Part shown: positions 11,701 to 20,392 of the stretch, piece after piece
How positions within the stretch are numbered: the first letter of the stretch is position 1
Layout of the letters: each line of letters begins with the position of its first letter
Assembly (NCBI GenBank): GCA_020632265.1
Contig: JACKFW010000001.1
Span: 727,272-791,271, forward strand
Length of the DNA stretch: 64,000 bases
Origin: Pseudomonadales bacterium
GTDB taxonomy: Bacteria; Patescibacteriota; Microgenomatia; UBA1400; PJMF01
Direction: 5' to 3'
Made by a program: the position numbers and the translations under genes
The notes under the pieces: model-generated
Told to the model about the DNA's origin: nothing
Databases searched by the model: none
The model's input: the letters and a program-made list of their open reading frames with translations, nothing else

Positions 11701-12867
11701 CCTGTATCATATTCGAAAGCATTGTCTGTTGATCCAGATCTTACTGATGGGCTCGTTGCCTGTTGGCCTACCACGGGAAAAATATCACAACTTCCAACAA
11801 CGAGTCATGATGGCACTTACGTTGTTAATGGAGAAACCCAGGCTTTTGATATAGCTTGGGATGGCACAATATCCTATCCACCTCCAGTTCATGCGTCTCA
11901 CAATGGCACTATAACAGTGATAGATTCGGGCGCTTCTGGCTACGGACTTCACGTAAAAGTCACTTCAACTGATGGCTATATATCAATATACGCACACCTT
12001 TCCTTAATTGCTCCGGGACTAAAAACAGGACAAACCATTGGGAGAGGAGATCTTATTGGATATATGGGTAATACTGGAAACTCAAGTGGTCCGCATCTTC
12101 ATTATGAATTTCATCCAGGACTAATTAGAAGCGTTGTACCAAATGGTTCTGCTGTAAAACTAAATGATCACGTAGATGAAAGTTGTTCTACCGGAGGAAA
12201 TCCAAAGGATTTTGGATATATAGCTATTGGAAACATGAACACAACAAACGTGATTGCTTCAAGCTCAAACGAAATTAATTCTGGAGCCATCCTCACGTGT
12301 AGTTGGAGAAGTAGTAAAGGACTGATGGCGGCTGTAAATGCCAACTTTTTCAACAACGGAGGAACCGGACTTCCTGTTGGTCTAGCAGGAAATGGAACAG
12401 GAGATGTTCAATATTGGGAAGATGCTACAAGCAGCACAATCAACTCCATATTAAGAGCGTTCTCTATTCAGGGAAGTTCTCCTCAAATGACAGATCTTGC
12501 TATTGATTCATATAATGAAGCAACCATGAGCCTTGCCGTGACCGGCATTTGGTCTTCTGGAGGATCGTCTTCATCGACAAGATCAAATAGAACAATAATT
12601 GGTTTTGGATCACCTACATCAAGTTGTGCGGGCACAGCAATAACAGGAATTACAACTCCAACAGCAATGTTTATTGGAGTTTTGCCTCAAGCAACTTATG
12701 CGGAAGCAGAGGCCATGATGCGGGCCTGCGGAGCAACTCAACTCGTTCATATGGACGGTGGTGGCTCGACAGCTTTTTGTTCAGATGAATACAACTTTGA
12801 AACCACACGAGCCGTTCCAGTAAACATTGGTATGAAAAATGCAAACATTATTCCAATACCGCTTTAA
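8788..12867 (+). CDS. Membrane-anchored peptidoglycan hydrolase with an M23 (LytM-type) metallopeptidase domain. Candidate T4SS cell-wall-remodelling protein (PrgK/TraG-like role).
   Basis: 1359-aa ORF. It has a Ser/Thr/Pro-rich linker and a Gly-zipper hydrophobic block (GGLIGGIIGGTLGFMAGGGIGAIPG...). M23 signature motifs are present (HNGTITVID...; GNTGNSSGPHLHYEFH). Confidence 0.65.
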   Translation: MADEKQKYQFRRRLDNIQDIVYGINAGDSAKIANFVESLRNVSVEEIFTQPVTSINIGNNLTLLSTNLKTLESGFGAIELNRFYTYLFPSDLVRALSNIAAILVEKDSRLSEYAKGELHLVKKWGNFDTGYKTIDEVEFLNHFTEAQALLQSVISAFDANRDFLKSKNKYENTLSDKDLKKLVDELAKQEEEKKKAEETARVAEDEELPGGSPGGALSESASQSVAPIPISIPSADQTSPSASVSPSTTQGSTSGPTNPLTQKQRQQIQYEVGWMYNRAVYEMFTAYGIETSLVNQALLEGLRTDIFKFTLEMDQKDLALMFGSASKRQAALLKFYPRFGSDNTVQLQDFYSKIVNDPMYADLSEKQKENFRDFHVTLISGRAIKIIPPAELFRESINNILNSDSPVLNKNIQNTLDALVFQYGKEQDFFVIDPNTGELTIKSSKSKDEAIRDMEAIIEGMSAKKLALIFGIPENISISDQQLKKLKSSLINYSTFRVSELTLSIQDTSLTRGLMRVDAEEEEKLIRNDSETNATHLGFTAGTRAAIEKNGAETVVGGMEEKNNSKRKAKIDKIAKQYKTFVPLWNNLQPNEQRIVYEKFGIAYDKNANKDTKLQFIPEFLFFDVSNLKTYKNIGNTAQKASSEGVSELTPEEMVLFEFYEINQNLSSEQNYRQYVADSYLYYSGDENALLIADYLVAGAALAAYPDAAFFDDYSPREIMEADYNLQNSNYQLSTKNRPLKKVKRLRDRVKNSKIYKKVANRFKKYTKKKLDPTKKLLKTFIDSSISTAVKGVSLLLSEIPGASIILPLLYKVAKKIGFKKIIAITGILLAMLIRNIIYLLSSVGGLIGGIIGGTLGFMAGGGIGAIPGTIAGAKIGQAIESAISSKFSTSQATTLGATNATTGTIANTAANTAIRASATQTGLLANAAASSGVFFGLPISLLAPSGAMIIGVMVTIYTITTIQSAFLIPLPVSYSKALSVDPDLTDGLVACWPTTGKISQLPTTSHDGTYVVNGETQAFDIAWDGTISYPPPVHASHNGTITVIDSGASGYGLHVKVTSTDGYISIYAHLSLIAPGLKTGQTIGRGDLIGYMGNTGNSSGPHLHYEFHPGLIRSVVPNGSAVKLNDHVDESCSTGGNPKDFGYIAIGNMNTTNVIASSSNEINSGAILTCSWRSSKGLMAAVNANFFNNGGTGLPVGLAGNGTGDVQYWEDATSSTINSILRAFSIQGSSPQMTDLAIDSYNEATMSLAVTGIWSSGGSSSSTRSNRTIIGFGSPTSSCAGTAITGITTPTAMFIGVLPQATYAEAEAMMRACGATQLVHMDGGGSTAFCSDEYNFETTRAVPVNIGMKNANIIPIPL

Positions 12868-12905
12868 CAATTTATAAAAACCAAGAAAAATAATAAAGGC
12901 AAATT

Positions 12906-13892
12906 ATGAGAATTAAAGACAAGGCCTCAAAAATAATAAATCAATTAAAAAATAACAAACATGGAGTGTTTGTTGTTGTTATTTTGTTTTTTTTAGCAAC
13001 TGGTCTATTTTTAAACTATCTTGCTGAGGTTGTTACAAACAGGAACTCAATTGAGGTTGTTTCTCCTTCTATTACTAATCCACAAGTTTTAGAAACTCAA
13101 TTTGATGATATAAAAATAAGTACCAATTTGCCAAAAGTTGGAAACGAGATAGAGGTATATTCCTCTGGATCTAGCGAAACAGCCCTGGAGCTCGCAAAAG
13201 GTATGGCTCAAAAATTTAACCTAACTCCTCATCCAGAACTTGAAAATATTTGGGTAGATACAAATAATCAATATTTTTTAAGCTTTTCTCCAATCTCGGA
13301 CCAAATAACCCTCTCAGATCTTCAAGCTCATTCTGGAAACCAATCGCTCGACAAAGACGTAGCCATTAAATCTGCAAAAAACTTTATTGATCTACTTGAT
13401 TTGAATTTTCAGGTAGAAATTAATCAAGCGTCGCTCAATTCTAATTCATATGAAGTTCGCCAAGGAAAGCAAACCATTGTTGTTTCATTTGTTCAGAAAA
13501 TTAATGGTCTAAATTTATTCCATTCCAACAAAACAACCGACACAATCCATGTATTTGTAACACAAAACTACCAAATCTCCAAAGTGATTATAAATAACCC
13601 CTCGCTGGTCGCAAATTACTCTGGAAAAGCTCAGACTCTTTCTTCAGGAAAAGTATTATCGGAAATAAAAAATGGCATAGGATCTGTTTTAAGCATTACC
13701 ACCTCAACTGGAAATACAGACATTTTTTCGGAAGTCAGAAATATTAATCTTAACAGCGCAGAGCTTGAGTATAGAGATGATGTAAAAAACAAAAATATTA
13801 TTCCGTTTTACAGGCTTAAAGGGTCTGCTGAAACTATAGATGGCGAGCCATTAACAATTGAAATAATCTATCCTGCAATCAAAACGTCATAA
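12906..13892 (+). CDS. Hypothetical protein with an N-terminal membrane anchor
   Basis: 328-aa ORF with a single N-terminal TM (VFVVVILFFLATGLFLNYL). It is operonic, with a 38-nt gap to the upstream gene. Confidence 0.5.
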   Translation: MRIKDKASKIINQLKNNKHGVFVVVILFFLATGLFLNYLAEVVTNRNSIEVVSPSITNPQVLETQFDDIKISTNLPKVGNEIEVYSSGSSETALELAKGMAQKFNLTPHPELENIWVDTNNQYFLSFSPISDQITLSDLQAHSGNQSLDKDVAIKSAKNFIDLLDLNFQVEINQASLNSNSYEVRQGKQTIVVSFVQKINGLNLFHSNKTTDTIHVFVTQNYQISKVIINNPSLVANYSGKAQTLSSGKVLSEIKNGIGSVLSITTSTGNTDIFSEVRNINLNSAELEYRDDVKNKNIIPFYRLKGSAETIDGEPLTIEIIYPAIKTS

Positions 13893-13932
13893 ATGTTATT
13901 ATTAAATTTGAAGTATTTACTGTCCGATACTT

Positions 13933-15105
13933 ATGCAAGAACACACAATTCCGCAAGACATCACCGGCTATAGATTTCACATAATCGGAAGCATGACCTT
14001 GAAACAATTTGGCGAAATATTTTTAAGCGTTATTGTTGCAGTAATTATTTACAACACAAATCTTTCAGCAATAATTAAATGGCCACTAATATTTTTGTCC
14101 GTAGGCATAGGTGCCACCGCTGCTTTTGTTCCTATTGAAGAAAGACCTCTTGATCACTGGATAGCAACCCTTGTTAGAATAATGTATAAGCCCACCAAGT
14201 TTTTCTGGAAAAGAGAAGCATCTATTCCAGAGGCCTTCTTATATCAAAGTCTTAAATCAACTATAATTCAAGAGCCCGAGCTTGATTTAAGCGTTGCCAA
14301 ACATCAAAGAATTAGCGAATATTTAGGCTCAATTCCTGAAAGAAGCTCCTTCTCTGCCGATTACTCTCAAGATGAAATAATAAAAATGCAAAATATATTA
14401 TCTAGTTTTGAAAGTGTTAACATTAGTTCGCCAGTTACCAAATCAATTAAGCAAATAGCCAAAAAACCCAATCTTGATGTTAGGGTTAGAAGCTTGAGAA
14501 TTCCTAAAAATATCGATGATGTTAAAGTTTTTGAATCACAAGAAGATTTTTCTGAACCAGAATCAATGTTTGAGCCTAGAAAAAAACATACTATTGATCA
14601 AAAGGGCATGAAAAAGGCAGTTTTGTCTTCCGATCAAGTTGCTCAAAACATTGATGTTCCACAAGAGGGAACGGTCAAACTAATTTCAAAAGAAGAAGAG
14701 ATTGAAAGAGTAGTTGCCGGGCAATCAGGATCTGATTTAAGTGAAAAAACCTTTATTCAAAATCAAAAAAGAGTAGTAGATAATCTGAATGCTACCAAAG
14801 ATGTTTCTTTTAATTCAAGCCTGCCGTTTCCAATCAAACCAACCAAGCCAAACAAACTTGTTGGCATGGTTCTAAGCAAAACAAACGACCTATTAACAGA
14901 TTCAATTGTTGAGGTTCAAACCTTGGATGGAGGAATTGAAAGAGCAGTTAAAACAAACGCTCTTGGACAATTTTATATTACTACCCCTCTCAGAGCGGGC
15001 GAATACAAAGTTGTGGTCGAAAAAGATCATTATATTTTTGAGCCCATGCATATAACAATTAATGACACAATAATTCAACCAATTGAAATTAGGAGTGAAA
15101 ACTAG
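13933..15105 (+). CDS. VirB3-like small-membrane-domain protein with a C-terminal carboxypeptidase-regulatory-like beta-sandwich
   Basis: Two N-terminal TM helices lie directly upstream of the VirB4 gene, the typical VirB3 position. The C-terminus reads ...GMVLSKTNDLLTDSIVEVQTLDG...YKVVVEKDHYIFEP, resembling a CarbopepD_reg-like fold. Confidence 0.45.
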   Translation: MQEHTIPQDITGYRFHIIGSMTLKQFGEIFLSVIVAVIIYNTNLSAIIKWPLIFLSVGIGATAAFVPIEERPLDHWIATLVRIMYKPTKFFWKREASIPEAFLYQSLKSTIIQEPELDLSVAKHQRISEYLGSIPERSSFSADYSQDEIIKMQNILSSFESVNISSPVTKSIKQIAKKPNLDVRVRSLRIPKNIDDVKVFESQEDFSEPESMFEPRKKHTIDQKGMKKAVLSSDQVAQNIDVPQEGTVKLISKEEEIERVVAGQSGSDLSEKTFIQNQKRVVDNLNATKDVSFNSSLPFPIKPTKPNKLVGMVLSKTNDLLTDSIVEVQTLDGGIERAVKTNALGQFYITTPLRAGEYKVVVEKDHYIFEPMHITINDTIIQPIEIRSEN

Positions 15106-15138
15106 AATTAAATCAAAGAAAGATATAAACTATAAGTA

Positions 15139-16257
15139 ATGTCAAGCAAAATAATAAGCTCAACAACTCAACAATTCTTAGATATTTTTGATATCACAAA
15201 CGATCTTGTGATCATGAAGGATGGAACCACATCTTTAATTATTGCTATCGACGCAATGAATTTTGGTCTTTTAGCCGAAGAAGAACAAGATAGCATCATG
15301 TACGCATATGCAGGTCTATTAAATTCGCTAAACTACTCCATTCAAATTGTAATCAGATCTCAAACAAAAGATGTAACGGGATATTTACAACTTCTTAAGG
15401 ATCGAGAAAATTCTTCGCGAGACAGAAACAAACAAATTAGAATTCAAAAATATCGAGAATTTGTTAGCAATTTAATTAGAGAAAGAAATGTTCTTGATAA
15501 AAAATTTTATATTGTTATTCCTGCTCAGCCCGTGGAACTTGGAATTTTGCCTCCCTCAAGTATTTTGCCAGGAAAAGGTCAAATTAATATTACTTCGGTT
15601 GATAGAAATTTAATTCTTGAAAAAGCTAGAAATATTCTCGAGCCAAAAAGAGATCATCTTATTGCTCAATTTGCAAGAATTGGCTTGTATTCAAGACAGT
15701 TAGAAACTCAAGAAATTATTCAGCTGTTTTATTTAAGCTACAACCCAGAGGCATCTGAAGGTCAGCAACTTGGAAATAGCTTAAGTTACACATCTCCACT
15801 AGTATCAGCCAAAATAGAGGGAAATCTCATGAACGACAGTCAAGTTCAAACAGTCTCTCAAGACGAAACAGAAGGATTGGTCGTAGCGCCTAACCCTAGT
15901 CTAGCTGAAAATATTGTTTCGATGCCACAAGCAAATTTTGCATCTGCTCAAAATGGAGAAGTTTCTTCTCAAAATCTAGTAAACAGCAACATATCGTCAG
16001 AGTCTTCACAAAACCCAATAAACAATCAAACAATGACGAATTCTTCGCAAGCACCAACTTTGGCGACTCCGCCTGCTCCAGAAATTCCAAAAATGGAGCC
16101 CGGAATAACAGATAATCTCGTTCCTAAAGAAGTAGTTACAACGATCAAAGCTCCTGAAGAATCTTTTCCAAATTCCAACGCTGATACGAGCAACTCGGGT
16201 ACTTTAGTAACAAATCAAAATAGAGACAATGCGATGCCACCACTTGCAGAAATTTAG
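15139..16257 (+). CDS. Hypothetical protein with a Ser/Asn/Gln-rich C-terminal half, T4SS-associated
   Basis: 372-aa ORF immediately upstream of the VirB4-like ATPase. Same strand, tight spacing. Confidence 0.5.
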   Translation: MSSKIISSTTQQFLDIFDITNDLVIMKDGTTSLIIAIDAMNFGLLAEEEQDSIMYAYAGLLNSLNYSIQIVIRSQTKDVTGYLQLLKDRENSSRDRNKQIRIQKYREFVSNLIRERNVLDKKFYIVIPAQPVELGILPPSSILPGKGQINITSVDRNLILEKARNILEPKRDHLIAQFARIGLYSRQLETQEIIQLFYLSYNPEASEGQQLGNSLSYTSPLVSAKIEGNLMNDSQVQTVSQDETEGLVVAPNPSLAENIVSMPQANFASAQNGEVSSQNLVNSNISSESSQNPINNQTMTNSSQAPTLATPPAPEIPKMEPGITDNLVPKEVVTTIKAPEESFPNSNADTSNSGTLVTNQNRDNAMPPLAEI

Positions 16258-16326
16258 CAAATAGTTGGTGGCAAAATAGCTAAAATTAAAATAAGTAGAT
16301 AGTTTATAATTTTTCAAGTACAATGT

Positions 16327-18381
16327 TTGTTGATGCCCAATATTCTGAATTCATTACCATTTTTCAAAAAAAAAGATAACCAAGGAACAGAGTCTGCTCC
16401 AATCTTAAGCCAGGAGCAAAAAGATTTGGCCAAGCTTGAAGAGTTCTCAAGAGGTCTTGTAACAATTCAGGACATAATTGCTCCTGAAGCAATCGAGGTT
16501 GATTTTACTTTTCAAAAAATTAATTCCACCTACACCAGAACCATCTTTATTGCAGGTTATCCAAGAAGTGTGCCGGCAAATTGGCTTTCTCCCCTAATTA
16601 ACTATCCTCATCAAATGAATACCTCGATGTTTATTTATCCAGTAGATTCTGGAGAAATTTTAGACAACTTAAAAAGAAAAATCACTGAGATGGAGGCTGA
16701 GATTCAATCAGACCTAAGATCGGGGAAAATTAGTAACATTAATACCGAAATTAAACTTGAAGACGCTCGATTTATTAGAGAAGAACTGGCAAAAGGATCT
16801 GAAAGATTTTTCCAATTTGGCCTATATGTAACAATTCAAGCAGTTTCAAAAGAAGAATTGGATCGAATTACTAAAAGTATTCAATCTGCATTAGGTTCTC
16901 TTCTAATTGTGTCCAAAAAAGCCACGCTTCAAATGGACGAAGGCTTCAAAACCACTCTTCCTATGGGAACAGATAAGCTAAAAGTTACAAGAAACATGGA
17001 CACCACTTCCCTCGCAACAACCTTCCCTTTTACTTCTAGTGAATTAACTATGGAAACAGGAATTATGTATGGAATCAACGAACACAATGATTCTCTAGTA
17101 ATTTTTGACAGATTTAAAATGGAAAATGCCAACATGGTAATCTTTGCAAAATCTGGAGCTGGAAAATCTTACACCGTTAAACTTGAGATACTTAGACAAC
17201 TTATGTTTGGCGCTGAAATTATTGTTTTAGATCCTGAACACGAATATGAAGAGCTTTCTGGAGCGGTTAAAGGCGAATATATTAATTTTACTTTTGGATC
17301 AGAAACCAAACTAAACCCTTTTGACCTTTCTAACCTTTATGAAGAAGGCGAAAACGAACTTGGTCAAAAAATAATTTCTTTACACGGATTGTTAAAGGTC
17401 ATGTTGGGAGACATGACCCCTCAACAAGACGCTCTTCTAGACAGAGCATTAGTTGCTGCATACAAAGCAAAAGGAATTACCCCAGATCCTGCAACACAAA
17501 CAAACGAACCACCTCTTATGGAAGACGTATATAAAGCATTAATTGGAATGGAGGCCAAAGAAGCCGATGATATTTCCGCAAGATTGGAAAAATATATTAT
17601 TGGATCTTTTAGAGGTATATTTGATCAAAAATCTAACTTTGATATTAAGAATCAATTAACAATTTTTTCTGTTAAAGAAATGGAAGAAGCAATCAGGCCA
17701 GTTGCAATGTATGTTATTTTGGATTTCATCTGGACCAGAGTTAAAAAAGATCTAAAAAAACGAATACTCATTGTTGACGAAGCCTGGTATTTTATGAAAA
17801 ACCAAGATTCTGCTTCGTTTTTACACTCAATGGTCAAAAGAGCAAGAAAATATTATCTTGGAGTAACTACAATTACTCAAGACGTTGAAGACTTTCTACA
17901 TAACGACTACGGTAGAGCGATTGTTACAAATGCGTCTATTCAGTTTTTGATGAAACAATCCACCGCCTCAATTCCAATTTTGGCCGAAACATTTTATTTG
18001 TCTCAAGGAGAACGCCAACTTTTAGTTTCTTCTGACGTTGGCGAAGGTATTTTCTTTGCAGGACAAAACCACGTCGCTCTCAGAGTGGTGGCTTCAGAAG
18101 AAGAGCATTTGGTTATCACAACTAATCCTGAAGAACTAGTTGAAAGAAAAAGATTAAAACTATCAAATATGCCTGGAAATGACTCTATTGTGAGACAACC
18201 GCCCACAAACAGTCAACCAAACATTGATGATACTGAAGAAGAAAAAAAGCGAAAAGAAGAAATTATGAAACAATTTAATAGTATTGATGAAACAAACAAA
18301 AGCACCTCTACCGCTGAAAAAGAAATGAAAACCGCAACCGACATGTATTCTATTGACTCCTATAACCCTCCTTCTTCTTGA
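16327..18381 (+). CDS. virB4: VirB4/TrbE/CagE-family type IV secretion ATPase
   Basis: Walker A FAKSGAGKSYTVK and Walker B RILIVDEAWYFM (the DEAW form typical of VirB4). Size 684 aa with the domain order expected for VirB4. Confidence 0.85.
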   Translation: MLMPNILNSLPFFKKKDNQGTESAPILSQEQKDLAKLEEFSRGLVTIQDIIAPEAIEVDFTFQKINSTYTRTIFIAGYPRSVPANWLSPLINYPHQMNTSMFIYPVDSGEILDNLKRKITEMEAEIQSDLRSGKISNINTEIKLEDARFIREELAKGSERFFQFGLYVTIQAVSKEELDRITKSIQSALGSLLIVSKKATLQMDEGFKTTLPMGTDKLKVTRNMDTTSLATTFPFTSSELTMETGIMYGINEHNDSLVIFDRFKMENANMVIFAKSGAGKSYTVKLEILRQLMFGAEIIVLDPEHEYEELSGAVKGEYINFTFGSETKLNPFDLSNLYEEGENELGQKIISLHGLLKVMLGDMTPQQDALLDRALVAAYKAKGITPDPATQTNEPPLMEDVYKALIGMEAKEADDISARLEKYIIGSFRGIFDQKSNFDIKNQLTIFSVKEMEEAIRPVAMYVILDFIWTRVKKDLKKRILIVDEAWYFMKNQDSASFLHSMVKRARKYYLGVTTITQDVEDFLHNDYGRAIVTNASIQFLMKQSTASIPILAETFYLSQGERQLLVSSDVGEGIFFAGQNHVALRVVASEEEHLVITTNPEELVERKRLKLSNMPGNDSIVRQPPTNSQPNIDDTEEEKKRKEEIMKQFNSIDETNKSTSTAEKEMKTATDMYSIDSYNPPSS

Positions 18382-18517
18382 TTAAATATTGAAAAAAGCT
18401 AATTTTTTTACCCCTTGTACTTTGTGGATAACTTTGTGTATAAGTATATATATCTTCTGTCCAAGTTTTGTTTTAAAAAATATTATTTACTAAAATTTAC
18501 CTTAGTATCGATTAATT
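18382..18517. promoter_or_regulatory. dnaA upstream region with DnaA boxes (oriC/dnaA promoter candidate)
   Basis: TGTGGATAA (perfect complement of TTATCCACA) at 18423-18431 and TGTGTATAA (1 mismatch) at 18435-18443. AT-rich. Confidence 0.55.
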
Positions 18518-20086
18518 ATGCAATTAAATAACGCACCCATTGATGAAGTGAGGCACCTTTGGGAACAAGCTTGCGCCCAGCTACAACTACAACTTTCACC
18601 AGCAGTTTATAACACTTGGATTGTTTCAAATCCTGTCACATCATTAAATTATTTAGAAAATAACAATTGTTTAGCAACAATTACCAGTCCTACGGCTTTT
18701 CATTCAACCAATCTCAAAAAAAATTTACATTTGCAAATAAAACAAGCCTTAGACAAAGTAACTGGTAAAAATTGTGAAATAGAATACGTTGTCGGCACCA
18801 TAACCTTCGTCCCAGCTACTTCAAGCAAATCAAAAGTTCATCAAATGGGATTTACAACTATAAAAAAGACAATTCAACCAGAACTAGCAAAAACTCAATT
18901 TAGGTCGTCTCAATCTATTGATTCGTTTTTTACAAAATCTCAGAAGGATTTTGAAGATTCAAAAAAATTTTCCCAATCTCCTAGAGTTGAAGACTTGTTT
19001 TCTGAAAATATATTATCTTCTGCTTCTGAAGACAGAGTTGCGGCACTAATTAGGGCTGTGGGTTTAAGAAAAGATTATACTTTTGAAACTTTTGCTGTTT
19101 CAACAACCAACGAGATGGCTCACGCTGCAGCTACGGCCGTCTCAAATAGGCCAGGAACCGCTTATAACCCTTTGTTTTTATATGGAGGAGTTGGAGTAGG
19201 AAAAACCCACCTTATGCACGCAATAGGAAGCAACATCCTTCACAACGATCCTAATAAAAAAATTATTTATTGTACTGGTGAAGAATTCACAAATGAAATT
19301 GTTCATTCGATCCAAAAAAAGAACACCAGTCAATTTAAATCCAGATATAGAAACGCCGATGTTTTATTAATAGATGATATTCAGTTTATTGCAGGAAAAA
19401 ACGCCGTACAGGAAGAATTCTTTCATACATTTAATGCTCTTAACAAACAACAAAGTCAAATTGTTTTAACCTCAGACAGACCTCCTCATGAAATGCTTTT
19501 GTTAGAAAATCGTTTAAGATCCAGGTTTGAAGCAGGCTTGATGATTGATATTCAGATTCCCTCTTTCGAACTCAGAACTGCTATATTGTTGGTAAAAGCC
19601 AAAGCCATCGGTCTCTCAATCCCAATAGATATTGCAAAAACAATTGCCGCCAAAGTAGAAAGCGCAAGAAAAATAGAAGGAGTTATAACTAGCATTAGAT
19701 CTGAGGTTGAATTAAAAGGTAAATTAATAAACAATGAATTAATTAATGCTTTACTAGACACCGAAATTATCGAAAAACATCAAAATATTAATTCTTCTCC
19801 AACCGAAATAATTAAAACAGTGGCGGATCACTACAAACTTAAACAAACTGCCTTAAAAGGAAAAAGAAGAGTAAAATCGCTTGTTACAGCAAGACATATT
19901 GCTATGTATTTACTTAAAAATGAACTAAGCCTACCTTTAGTTGAAATTGGAAGGTGGTTTTCTGGAAGAGATCATACAAGTGTTTTGCATGCTGTAAGAA
20001 AAATTGAAAAAGATTTAAAAACAAATGATGTAATTATGCGTGATGTATCAGCTCTTAGAACAACACTCCTTCTTACATCTCGCTAA
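18518..20086 (+). CDS. dnaA: Chromosomal replication initiator protein DnaA
   Basis: Domain I-like N-terminus, AAA+ Walker A GVGKTHLMHAIG, and a C-terminal DNA-binding domain IV (ARHIAMYLLKNELSLPLVEIGRWFSGRDHTSVLHAVRKIE). Confidence 0.95.
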   Translation: MQLNNAPIDEVRHLWEQACAQLQLQLSPAVYNTWIVSNPVTSLNYLENNNCLATITSPTAFHSTNLKKNLHLQIKQALDKVTGKNCEIEYVVGTITFVPATSSKSKVHQMGFTTIKKTIQPELAKTQFRSSQSIDSFFTKSQKDFEDSKKFSQSPRVEDLFSENILSSASEDRVAALIRAVGLRKDYTFETFAVSTTNEMAHAAATAVSNRPGTAYNPLFLYGGVGVGKTHLMHAIGSNILHNDPNKKIIYCTGEEFTNEIVHSIQKKNTSQFKSRYRNADVLLIDDIQFIAGKNAVQEEFFHTFNALNKQQSQIVLTSDRPPHEMLLLENRLRSRFEAGLMIDIQIPSFELRTAILLVKAKAIGLSIPIDIAKTIAAKVESARKIEGVITSIRSEVELKGKLINNELINALLDTEIIEKHQNINSSPTEIIKTVADHYKLKQTALKGKRRVKSLVTARHIAMYLLKNELSLPLVEIGRWFSGRDHTSVLHAVRKIEKDLKTNDVIMRDVSALRTTLLLTSR

Positions 20087-20392
20087 ATTATCAACAATTG
20101 TGGATAATCTTGTGTAAAAAGTGTTGAAAATAATGTTAATTAATGTGAAATACTTTTGTGAATGTTAATAAGAAGTAAAGTGTTTAAAATGTTTCAACAC
20201 TAATCAACATCGATTATTAACATTGCTTATACTGATAACTACACATAGAATTCACTTATAAATTATTGATGTAATATAGTTATTTGTCCACAGCTTTTCA
20301 CTACACTACTACTAAAACTACTAGATATAAATATAATAATATACTTAAAAGCAATTAATAAAAAATAATTTAAAAAACAGTTAAGGCTCTAA
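20087..20392. promoter_or_regulatory. oriC candidate: DnaA-box cluster plus AT-rich unwinding region between dnaA and dnaN
   Basis: TTATCAACA (20088-20096) converges on a perfect TGTGGATAA (20099-20107). TTGTCCACA is at 20284-20292. A very AT-rich tract with TACTA/ATA repeats lies at 20300-20390. Confidence 0.6.
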
